From Candidatus Omnitrophota bacterium (GTDB lineage Bacteria > Omnitrophota > Gorgyraeia > Zapsychrales > Fredricksoniimonadaceae): a DNA stretch of 64,000 nucleotides. The stretch covers positions 65,969 through 129,968 of the forward strand of contig CAJARJ010000002.1 of NCBI GenBank assembly GCA_903944345.1. Reading direction: 5' to 3'. The position numbers and the translations under genes are program-made. Positions within the stretch are counted from its first letter, which is position 1, and each line of letters starts with the position of its first letter. The notes under the pieces were generated by a model. The model saw only the letters and a program-made list of their open reading frames with translations, did no database searches and was not told the DNA's origin. Shown here one piece after another: positions 49,156 through 57,717 of the stretch.

Positions 49156-50421
49156 CTAAGCCGGATTTTTCCCCGAAAAAAGATTTTTATTCCGCAAAAG
49201 ACGATGGTAAGACACAGCAAAGCGATGGGCCTCATCGCGCAAGCGCTGCAGCAGGCGCAGGGCCAGGGAGTCCCGGGACAAGATCAGCGCCGCGCGTTTT
49301 CCGGGAACAAAGATTTCCTCTTCCTTTTTAGCCAAACCGATTAGGGGAATATCCAAACCTAAAGCACGTAATTCTCCGGCGGCCGCCTGCAGCTGCCCCT
49401 TGCCGCCATCAATAACCACAAGATCAGGGTATGCCTTGCCTTCTTTCTTGAGCCGGCTGTAGCGGCGGCGAACAACCTCGGCAATCATTCTAAAATCATC
49501 TATGCCCTCAACTGTCCTGATCCGGAACCTGCGGTAATTTGACTTGTCGGGGGTACCATTCAGAAAAGAAACCATCGAGCCAACAGAAAATGACCCCATC
49601 GTATTTGATATATCAAAACATTCCAGCCGTTCAGGAGGACGCGCCAGTCCCAGTGCCCGCTGCAACTGCTCGGTCTCCTTGAAACAATTAATATCGGGAC
49701 TGGAAGAATATAACGCCCCTACCGCCCGCATCCGATCCCGAACCCGGGCGGCTTCCTCGAAATTTTTTGTACGCGCCAACTCTTCCATTTCCTGCCTGAG
49801 TTCCCGGTAGAGATCGTCTTTTTTCCCATCAAGAACATGTGCAATGTGCCGAATCGAACGAGCATATTCTGCCGCCGTCACCTGCCCGACACAAGGCGCC
49901 TGACAAAGACCGAGATCATGATAGAGACATGTGCTGCCAGACAAGGGCTCGCAGGAACGAAAAGGGAAAATTTTCCTGATCAAAGTCAGCGCCTCACGAA
50001 TCAGCGTCGCATCGGTATACGGCCCAAACAGCTTCCCGCCGGAGGCTTCCCCCGCAGCTCTGGAAGGAAGTCTCACGATGCTGACCAAAGGAAAGGGATC
50101 ATCAGAAATACGAATATACGGATAAGATTTCCCGTCTTTAAGTTCAACATTATATTTGGGCAGGTGCCGCTTGACCAAAGCCGCCTCAAGCACCAGGGCT
50201 TCGGCCTCGCTATGCGTTTGAATAAAATCAATATCTGAAATGTTCTCTACCAGAAGAGCGGTTCGCACATTGTCGATCCTGCCGCGAAAATAGGACTGCA
50301 CCCTGCGCCGCAGATTGACCGCCTTGCCGACATAGATCACGGTCCCTGCGCCATCTTTCATCAGATAAACACCGCTGGTCAAAGGTAATCCCGCAATCCG
50401 GGCGCGTAATTGATCAAGCAT
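49156..50421 (-). CDS. GIY-YIG UvrC-homolog nuclease lacking the C-terminal HhH region (Cho-like)
   Basis: GIY-YIG at the N-terminus (SGVYLMKDGAGTVIYVGKAVNLRRR), a UvrB-interacting-like segment and an endonuclease V-like domain. At 421 aa it is ~180 aa shorter than canonical UvrC. Confidence 0.7.
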   Translation of the reverse strand: MLDQLRARIAGLPLTSGVYLMKDGAGTVIYVGKAVNLRRRVQSYFRGRIDNVRTALLVENISDIDFIQTHSEAEALVLEAALVKRHLPKYNVELKDGKSYPYIRISDDPFPLVSIVRLPSRAAGEASGGKLFGPYTDATLIREALTLIRKIFPFRSCEPLSGSTCLYHDLGLCQAPCVGQVTAAEYARSIRHIAHVLDGKKDDLYRELRQEMEELARTKNFEEAARVRDRMRAVGALYSSSPDINCFKETEQLQRALGLARPPERLECFDISNTMGSFSVGSMVSFLNGTPDKSNYRRFRIRTVEGIDDFRMIAEVVRRRYSRLKKEGKAYPDLVVIDGGKGQLQAAAGELRALGLDIPLIGLAKKEEEIFVPGKRAALILSRDSLALRLLQRLRDEAHRFAVSYHRLLRNKNLFSGKNPA

Positions 50422-50439
50422 AGCTGCTCCCGAAAAATC

Positions 50440-52005
50440 CTAACGACGAAAAAGTTTCAGCATCTGTCCGGCTTGTTCAAAGCCCATCGCGCGCGCGCAA
50501 AGAAAATAGGCAACAACAAAAAGACATACCGAAAACACGAGCCCGGCGACCTCCGGCAAAGAAGAAAAGAACGCCATTCCCGCGCAAGCCACAACCGCCG
50601 CCACGGCGGAACACAACAACACCCGGACAAAAAACGCAGCCGACACCAAAACAGGAGTAAGCAATCTTGCACGCAGAAACTTCCTTAACAGAAAAACATT
50701 CACAACAGAAGAAAAGGCCGAAGCCAGAGCCAGTCCCGACAGCCCCAGAGGAAACATTAAAACGACATCCAGCACCGCATTAACCCCCAGACAGATCAGG
50801 GCCACAATAACCGGTGTCCGCGTATCCTGCAAAGCATGAAAAGCCGATGCCAGAATCCGGCTTGCACCGTATCCGGTCAATGCCAGACTATAAAACAATA
50901 AAGCCGATGCGGTCTGGTATGTCGAATGAGCGTCAAAAGCGCCGCGTTCGAACAACACCCTCACCACCGAAACCGCAAAACATACCAGAAAAATACTGGC
51001 CGGCAGCATGACAAAAACAATATTCCGCAGCGCAAAAACCAGCGTTTTGTCAAACTCTTCTTTACGCCCGGCCGCGGCATGCGCCGAAAGCGAAGGTAAA
51101 GACGCTGTAGACAAGGCCACCGCAAACAACCCCATCGGCAACTGAACCAAACGAGTAGCATAATAAATCGCCGCGATGCCTCCCAATCCAACTACTGATC
51201 CCAAAGAAGCACAGACGGTATCCACAAAAACATTCAGCTGATAAACAGCGGATCCGGCAATACGCGGCACAATCAAACGCCCCACCCGGGAAGCGCCCTC
51301 ATTAAACATCTGGCGGGGAGGCACAATCCAAAGACCGACACGGCGCAGTGCCGCCTGCTGAAACAGATACTGGACCAAGCCTCCGGCCAGCACCCCGAAA
51401 GCCATTCCGTAAACCGGATTATCCGAAAAAAACACTATCGAAACAAAAATAGAAAAGATCAGAACAACGTTCATCAGCGCCGGACCCAGAGCCGGAGCAA
51501 AAAATGCCCCATAAGTAAACTGCACCGCCGAAAGCAAAGCGGTCAATCCGATCAGAATCAGATAAGGAAACATGATCCTGGTCAGCATGACTGTCAGCTC
51601 GAACTTACCCGGCGTGTCCGCAAAGCCGGGGGCGATACAACGAATCAGCTGCGGAGCAAAAAGCATCCCCGCGGCGGTAATGCCCGAAAGAATCACCAAT
51701 GCCCAAAAGAAACAGGCCCCAAGAAATTCCCCAACCTCTCCGGACTGTTTGTGCTTGTACTGCATCATAACCGGAACAAACGCCGAATTGGCCGCCCCCT
51801 CACCCATAATATCCCGAAAAAGATTGGGCAGGCGAAAAGCCGTCACAAATGCATCCGCTCCCACGCCGGTTCCAAAGAAACGTGCAAAAAGGATGTCCCG
51901 CACAAAACCCAGTATCCGGCTTAACAATGTGCCGGAAGTCAGAACCGACGTGGAACGGGCAATGCTGCCGGCCGAAAAACTGGGTATCTCTTTAACAGTT
52001 GACAT
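50440..52005 (-). CDS. murJ: lipid II flippase MurJ
   Basis: 521 aa polytopic protein with the MurJ/MviN N-terminal signature (LSRILGFVRDILFARFFG...AFVTAFRLPNLFRDI). Confidence 0.9.
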   Translation of the reverse strand: MSTVKEIPSFSAGSIARSTSVLTSGTLLSRILGFVRDILFARFFGTGVGADAFVTAFRLPNLFRDIMGEGAANSAFVPVMMQYKHKQSGEVGEFLGACFFWALVILSGITAAGMLFAPQLIRCIAPGFADTPGKFELTVMLTRIMFPYLILIGLTALLSAVQFTYGAFFAPALGPALMNVVLIFSIFVSIVFFSDNPVYGMAFGVLAGGLVQYLFQQAALRRVGLWIVPPRQMFNEGASRVGRLIVPRIAGSAVYQLNVFVDTVCASLGSVVGLGGIAAIYYATRLVQLPMGLFAVALSTASLPSLSAHAAAGRKEEFDKTLVFALRNIVFVMLPASIFLVCFAVSVVRVLFERGAFDAHSTYQTASALLFYSLALTGYGASRILASAFHALQDTRTPVIVALICLGVNAVLDVVLMFPLGLSGLALASAFSSVVNVFLLRKFLRARLLTPVLVSAAFFVRVLLCSAVAAVVACAGMAFFSSLPEVAGLVFSVCLFVVAYFLCARAMGFEQAGQMLKLFRR

Positions 52006-52095
52006 ATAAAATAGGGTTTGTTATACTTTCGCCTTATCGTGCTATCGGGCCGTTCACAGTGAACGCCCCGCGTCCAATAACAAGGAGTTGCTCAA

Positions 52096-52359
52096 GTGCC
52101 TCAACGTAAATGTTCTGTCAAATCGCTCAAACAAAGCCAGAAGCGTCGTCTGCATAATCTTGATATCAAGACCGCGCTCAGAAAAACCGTCAAAGAATAC
52201 GTAGAAACCACCAAGACCGATCCCGCCAAAGCGGTTGGATTGCTTTCTTTGGCCTACAAAAAGATTGATAAAGCTGCCAAGCGTAATGTTCTGCACAAGA
52301 ACACGGCTTCTCGCCGTAAAGCTTCCCTTGCTAAGCTTTTAAAAGCGACCAAAGCTTGA
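52096..52359 (+). CDS. rpsT: 30S ribosomal protein S20
   Basis: 87 aa basic protein with S20 family features (KSLKQSQKRRLHN...KKIDKAAK). GTG start preceded by AAGGAG. Confidence 0.9.
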   Translation: MPQRKCSVKSLKQSQKRRLHNLDIKTALRKTVKEYVETTKTDPAKAVGLLSLAYKKIDKAAKRNVLHKNTASRRKASLAKLLKATKA

Positions 52360-52996
52360 CCACTGCAACTTCCAGCGCCTGTTCGCGTTGAACAAACCGG
52401 CTGTGCTTTAAAGCTTCGTCGGCCTCCTGCAAAATCAGGAGGCCTTTTTTATATTTGTCAGCGGAAACCCGGCCCTGAACACGATTACCCCAGTACCAGA
52501 CTACTCCACCCAAAAGCTGCTCTGCGGAATCGCCCCGGTCAAAAAGTTCCTTGAGAATCTTGAGGGCCGATACCGCACTTCTCCCCAGCAATTCATCCAT
52601 CATCTGAAAAATGGTTAAAAGCGGCTTCTCTGCGGCACTGATTACCTGCAGTTTTTTACGCAGAGACTTGCGGGGTTCTGCGCGCCCGTCCCAGGAAACG
52701 GCATCAAGCACCAAAACAGGATTCTCCGGCGTATCCTCAAGAAAGCGCATGACAAGCTCAAGATTTTCCTTGGAAAGTTTCTCGGCATTGCGTACCACCA
52801 CCAGCTTGCGCACCGACATGGCTGGAACCGAAGCCAGGGCAACCTTGAAGTCTTCCGCACTCAGCCCGAAAGCATCCAGCGTTTCCACGTCAAAACGGGC
52901 AGCGGTTTCATTCTCGAATAAGTTAGCCTTGAGCTGGGCAATCTTTTCCTGACGCCGCTCCAGTTCCAGTCCGATAAAAAGATAATGATTCGCCAT
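52331..52996 (-). CDS. holA: DNA polymerase III delta subunit-like (short, 221 aa)
   Basis: Delta-subunit-like N-terminal segment (MANHYLFIGLE...). Placed just downstream of lptE as in the conserved lptE-holA arrangement. About 120 aa shorter than E. coli HolA. Confidence 0.55.
   Translation of the reverse strand: MANHYLFIGLELERRQEKIAQLKANLFENETAARFDVETLDAFGLSAEDFKVALASVPAMSVRKLVVVRNAEKLSKENLELVMRFLEDTPENPVLVLDAVSWDGRAEPRKSLRKKLQVISAAEKPLLTIFQMMDELLGRSAVSALKILKELFDRGDSAEQLLGGVVWYWGNRVQGRVSADKYKKGLLILQEADEALKHSRFVQREQALEVAVVKLWSLLKA
52421..52452 (+). terminator. candidate rho-independent terminator of rpsT, embedded in the 3' coding region of the convergent holA-like gene
   Basis: 8-bp perfect stem ggcctcct / aggaggcc, 8-nt loop, then TTTTTT. 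Confidence 0.4.
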
Positions 52997-53098
52997 TCTT
53001 CTTCTCCCCCGAAAGCAATCAAGCCTTAAGCGGTCCGCTTAAGGCTTGTTCCGTCCGGTTTACAGATATATCGTGGCAATAACCAGGCAACACGCAGA

Positions 53099-53635
53099 TT
53101 ACCAGTCTTCAATCGTTCGCGCCACCACACGGCGGGCCACATCAACCAGAGCATCGGCAATGGCACTTTCCTCGGACTTGGCCAAAGCACCGGAAACATA
53201 ATACGTGGTGTCACCCGAAAAAGCCGGCTCCTGCCAGACCACCTTTTCATTGACCGGATCCCAGAGAGTCAATGCCAGAGTCACGGTCAAACGGTACTCC
53301 TTCACATCTTCATCATCGGTCAAGCGCAAATCTCCCCGTTCGAAGGAAAGCACCTGACCCTGCAAAACAAGATCAGCCCCCGCCTGGTCCGCGATTTTGA
53401 GATTGCCGTCAAAAATAAAGCGATCCACCACCGCATTGCGAATTTTGGTTTCCAGACCGGGAATATAAATCTTGCGCTGATCCTGGTTAAGGTAATCGAT
53501 ATTGTTGGCAAACGGCTGAACAAAGATAGTCTGATAACGGCTGGAAATAACCGAACCCGTTGTATAGGCACAACCGGGCAAAGAAAGAAGAAAACACCCA
53601 AGAAGCCCGGTCAACAGCGCGGGAAACGTTCTCAT
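53099..53635 (-). CDS. lptE: LPS-assembly lipoprotein LptE-like
   Basis: Lipobox LSLPGC, ~180 aa, positioned immediately upstream of holA. Confidence 0.6.
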   Translation of the reverse strand: MRTFPALLTGLLGCFLLSLPGCAYTTGSVISSRYQTIFVQPFANNIDYLNQDQRKIYIPGLETKIRNAVVDRFIFDGNLKIADQAGADLVLQGQVLSFERGDLRLTDDEDVKEYRLTVTLALTLWDPVNEKVVWQEPAFSGDTTYYVSGALAKSEESAIADALVDVARRVVARTIEDW

Positions 53636-54591
53636 TTAACCTCCGTCGGGATTTCAGCCAGCAAGGCTCTGGCCTGGTCGGCCCAGGTTGTCTGGCCATA
53701 TTTCTGCAGAATCTGCTGACAATAAATACGTGCGGACGCATACTTCTTGTTCTTCATGTAATACTTGGCAACAACATACGCATTCTCCGCTTCTTTCTCG
53801 CTCAAAAGACGAATTTGTTCCCTGGCCTCCGCCGTCAACTCGGAATCCGGATTGGTCTTCACAAAATCCTCAAACCCGGCAACTGCCGCACTGGTGACCT
53901 GCTGATCATACTGCGGGGCTACCGAGCGCTTGGCGTCGGACACCGCAATCTGATAACGCGCAGGCTCGGCCCATTCGGAATCGGGATAATCATCCAGGGT
54001 TTTCTCAAACTCTTCACGCGCCAGCTGATGCTCTCCTCTGGCCTGGAAATAAAGAGCAATCTTGTATTGCGCCGAAGCCGCAAACTGCCCGTAAGGATCA
54101 TTTTTGATAACCTTGCGAAAAATTTCCACAACACGATGCTCGGTGCCCAGCAGCGTTTCAGCCAGCTTTCCATCACGGGCTTTGCCTTCCATTAAAGCAA
54201 TCGCCAGTGCATACTGACGCTCAACGGCCTTGGGGCCCAGCTCGCTAAAAGGATACTTGTCCAGAACCAGTTGATAAGCCTCCACCGCCACCGCATATTT
54301 GCCCAGGATTTCATAAACACGGCCAATGTCAAACTGCGCGTCGGCCGCTTCACGGGCTTTGGAATAATGCTTGATCAATTTTTTGAATTCCCGTAACGCC
54401 TCCGCATTCTGTCCGGCATCCAGGAAACTGCGGGCATACGCCAGCTGCTCTTTGGGAGAGTCCTTAACAGCATATTTGGGATTCATCCAGGTACCGCTCT
54501 CAGGAGTCCATATCCAGAACGCCTGCGCCGGAAGAGCCGGGATCAGCAGAAAAAAAGAAAACAACACGCTAACCAGAAGACGATATGACAT
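53632..54591 (-). CDS. TPR-repeat lipoprotein, BamD-like
   Basis: Start set at the internal Met giving a signal peptide (MSYRLLVSVLFSFFLLIPALPAQA). Multiple TPR motifs throughout. Confidence 0.5.
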   Translation of the reverse strand: MSYRLLVSVLFSFFLLIPALPAQAFWIWTPESGTWMNPKYAVKDSPKEQLAYARSFLDAGQNAEALREFKKLIKHYSKAREAADAQFDIGRVYEILGKYAVAVEAYQLVLDKYPFSELGPKAVERQYALAIALMEGKARDGKLAETLLGTEHRVVEIFRKVIKNDPYGQFAASAQYKIALYFQARGEHQLAREEFEKTLDDYPDSEWAEPARYQIAVSDAKRSVAPQYDQQVTSAAVAGFEDFVKTNPDSELTAEAREQIRLLSEKEAENAYVVAKYYMKNKKYASARIYCQQILQKYGQTTWADQARALLAEIPTEVK

Positions 54592-54724
54592 AGGAATGGC
54601 CGGTAAAGGTTGTGTGCTGATATATTCGTGGGTCAATCTAACACAGCCAGCCTGGTTTGTCAACGCAGTGCGCGGGCAAAAAAACACCCCTCTTCGGTAA
54701 CGAAAAAGAAGGTAACGGCAGGAA

Positions 54725-56869
54725 TTATATTGATATCCCGGCAACCGGACGAATGGACAAAATGGTGGGCACAAAGCCGTCCACCTGCAGGCTTTCCAGA
54801 TCCTGTTGCGCCACCGGCAAAGGAACCCCCTTGCCGTCCCGGCGAATCTGCATGTCCCAGTTGGCAGAATTCAGATCAATACCACCAACGGCATCCTTGT
54901 TCTGCAAAGACGCAGCCTCGCTAACAGCCTGCCCCGCATCAATATTGGAGCGAGCCTGAACTGCAGTCAAAACCGCTCTGATATCCGAAGCGTCAAACCG
55001 AAACTCAGATAACTGCAAGCCGCGCCCGAACTGATCATCCGTAAGAACTCTATCTATATCCAAACCCGGGTCAAAATAAGCAACCCGATCATTGCTCTGG
55101 TCTGGCAACAATAGACCATGTCCAAGCAAGGCATCAAATATGTCCGGAGCCCTGTCCTTGAAGACCGCAACAAAATCCGCGGGGGTCACACGCACTTCAA
55201 AATCCGGTCTCTGCCTTTCAGCCCAGACGCGGGCCAAGGCTCTTAAAACATAGTTGACAACATTAACCTCATTGGCCGGATTCACCCGCGAACTCTGCTG
55301 CATCAAGATTGTCAGCAGACGCCTGATCGATGGCAGTTGCTTGACTTCATTCCAAAGACGCTCCAGCTGATTGATATCCTTAACATCGTCTGGATTCATC
55401 CTCACTTGCTTTGCCGAAAAGTCAAATGCCGGCAGCAACCGTCGCCACTCTTTGGTCATGATGGAAACGGACACATTAAAAGCCTCTATGTCTATAGGAC
55501 TTCTCTCGCCATCGGCTTGCGCGCTGCCTTCTTGCAATATCTGCTCTATCTCGGGAACATCTACCTCGTCTCGCCCCAGAATATCCGAAGCATCCAACCC
55601 AAGACTTTCCAACAATAGCGGCAAAACATACGACACCGGAGCCCCGTTCTGAGCGGCATCGGCGATATCGCCCATTCTCTTTGGTTCCAGAAGTGCTGCA
55701 GCAGAATCAAAAGCCGCGTCTTCCAGTTGCCGCGCGGCATCACGGGCCGCCAACGGCAAAGCGGCATAATCAGAAACAATTTGTAATTGGGCTGGATCCT
55801 GTCCGCGCGCCAACCCGCCGGAAAAATATTTACGGGGGATAAGTTCCTGCGAATACTGATCCACATCCTCCCGGATCATGTTAAAAACCCCCTTGCGAAA
55901 AGCCTCCATATATTGTTCCCAAATCATGCGATTGGCCGAACATTCTGCGCCCTTGCCGGAACAGTCAGACTGGTCAATCCCTGCCACCCGGGACTGATCG
56001 GCATAGACCCGCCCCAGAATAGATTCCTTGAGCGCCCGCTTGTACCAGGTGGCCAGAACCATAGCTGTACAAATCTGGCGCAGAACAGTAAAACTTTTTC
56101 CCTGGTTAACCTCGCGCTCTATTTCCGGAACAATAACATCCCGTAAAACTTCGGACGACAAACGGACAAACTCCTCGTCATCACCCACCGGACTGTTGAG
56201 CACGGGCGCGGCCTGTCCAGCCTGGCTCTTGTAGGCCAGATAATCTCTTTCGGTCATAACCCGCAGGCGCTGGGTCAGAAGATAGGCTGTTGTTCCTTTT
56301 TCGTAGACAACAGCCGTGTCCGGAATAATCCAGACCTTGTTAAAACTTTCCAGCGGCACATCCGCAGAACCAAATTTCTCATGCGCCCGGCGATAGAACT
56401 CACTCCAGTACTTTTTCCCCAGCTCGGTATCGGGATGCGTCAAGGAGGCCGCCAACTGTTTAAGCAGATAGTCCTGAGCCAGAAGGTCTCGCCCCATAGC
56501 TGTCAAACCAAACTGATCATCAACCAGCCGATCCCCCTCATAGGGCGAAAGGTTAACCCACTGATCGGTATCAGGAATAGTCAACGCCGTCAGGAAATAT
56601 TTGACCAACCGGGTATATTCTTCCTGTTTCTGATCCGGCGTCAGGGCTGCGTCTCCCTTACGAATAAGAAAATCAAATTTCAGGGCATTCATCGGATCAA
56701 TGGTTACGCCCTGCAAATAGGCCGGAGTGAAAGCCTCCGATGGGGGCAGCAGTGTTCCGGGTTCAGGCATAAGCTGCATAACAGATTGTGCCTGCGCCAG
56801 ACCGGTCGGCGGACGCACACAGCTCCAGCCAAATATAACCAATAAAAATATCGCAGTGACTCTTTTCAT
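54725..56869 (-). CDS. secreted protein (714 aa), minimal member 4 of the giant-protein paralog family (N-domain plus C-terminal tail, short middle)
   Basis: Signal peptide ...GLAQAQS and the conserved N-domain (WVNLSPYEGDR, GRDLLAQDYLLKQL, NKVWIIP, PRKYFSGG). C-terminal GGIDLNSANW...DGFVPTILSIRPVAG tail. Confidence 0.85.
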   Translation of the reverse strand: MKRVTAIFLLVIFGWSCVRPPTGLAQAQSVMQLMPEPGTLLPPSEAFTPAYLQGVTIDPMNALKFDFLIRKGDAALTPDQKQEEYTRLVKYFLTALTIPDTDQWVNLSPYEGDRLVDDQFGLTAMGRDLLAQDYLLKQLAASLTHPDTELGKKYWSEFYRRAHEKFGSADVPLESFNKVWIIPDTAVVYEKGTTAYLLTQRLRVMTERDYLAYKSQAGQAAPVLNSPVGDDEEFVRLSSEVLRDVIVPEIEREVNQGKSFTVLRQICTAMVLATWYKRALKESILGRVYADQSRVAGIDQSDCSGKGAECSANRMIWEQYMEAFRKGVFNMIREDVDQYSQELIPRKYFSGGLARGQDPAQLQIVSDYAALPLAARDAARQLEDAAFDSAAALLEPKRMGDIADAAQNGAPVSYVLPLLLESLGLDASDILGRDEVDVPEIEQILQEGSAQADGERSPIDIEAFNVSVSIMTKEWRRLLPAFDFSAKQVRMNPDDVKDINQLERLWNEVKQLPSIRRLLTILMQQSSRVNPANEVNVVNYVLRALARVWAERQRPDFEVRVTPADFVAVFKDRAPDIFDALLGHGLLLPDQSNDRVAYFDPGLDIDRVLTDDQFGRGLQLSEFRFDASDIRAVLTAVQARSNIDAGQAVSEAASLQNKDAVGGIDLNSANWDMQIRRDGKGVPLPVAQQDLESLQVDGFVPTILSIRPVAGISI

Positions 56870-56958
56870 AACAACTCCCGGGATAATTGAAAAAACCTTA
56901 TCACACCACTAATAAGTATGGAACATTACCCGCCAAAAGGCAACCCGGCCGGCAAAAG

Positions 56959-57717
56959 CTAATTTGTTGACACGTATCTGTTTCTGACAAAACAAAGCCC
57001 CGCCACAAAAAGAATGTAATACCCGCACACAATGCCGGTGGAAACCTGCGGCAGCGCCCAGACGCCACCCGGGACCAGACTGAAAAACCAGGCAGCGGCT
57101 ACCAGAAGATTGAGCGCAATATGCAGACTCCCCGCCACGAGCTCTCCCAGCGGAGAAAAAAGACTTCCTGTCATAACCACTCCCACTCCCAGCGCAGTAA
57201 CCAGCGTGGCCAAAGGCACCACCGGCAAATTGGCCAGCAGTCCAACAGGGGTCAAGTTCCCGAAAACATACGCAGTAATCCCGGCCGATCCGGCCCAGGC
57301 CGCCAGGGAAACAATCAGGCCTTCTCTGAGCCAGCGCAGTAAAGATGAACCGCCTTCTGTCCCTACCCACGGCAGAAGAAACATTGGAGAAACAAGAACA
57401 ATAGAAAGGACACAAATAAAAGAGAGCTGAAATCCAACATCAAAAAGCTGACGCGGATCTGCCAATGCCATAGCCAGCAATGCAAACCCGACCGTATTGA
57501 GCATGTCCTGATCGCGCTCGATCACAAAAGCCAGCAAAAAAACCGTACTCATCCACGCAGCGCGTACCACCGGCGGTTCTCCTCCAACCATAAATGCGTA
57601 AAACCAGGCCAGCAGCAAAGACAAAACAAAACTTGCCCGGCGGCCAACCCTGAGCGCACCCAGAAGCATGACAAATATCGAAACCAGCAGCGTAATATTG
57701 AGCCCACTGATGGCCAC
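56959..57717 (-). CDS. ComEC/Rec2 competence-domain membrane protein; probably the 3' remnant of a comEC gene split by the adjacent integrated element
   Basis: Polytopic Competence-domain-like sequence. The upstream end coincides with the GC drop and the recombinase 3' end, and the recombinase frame reads ~60 aa into this gene. Confidence 0.5.
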   Translation of the reverse strand: MAISGLNITLLVSIFVMLLGALRVGRRASFVLSLLLAWFYAFMVGGEPPVVRAAWMSTVFLLAFVIERDQDMLNTVGFALLAMALADPRQLFDVGFQLSFICVLSIVLVSPMFLLPWVGTEGGSSLLRWLREGLIVSLAAWAGSAGITAYVFGNLTPVGLLANLPVVPLATLVTALGVGVVMTGSLFSPLGELVAGSLHIALNLLVAAAWFFSLVPGGVWALPQVSTGIVCGYYILFVAGLCFVRNRYVSTN

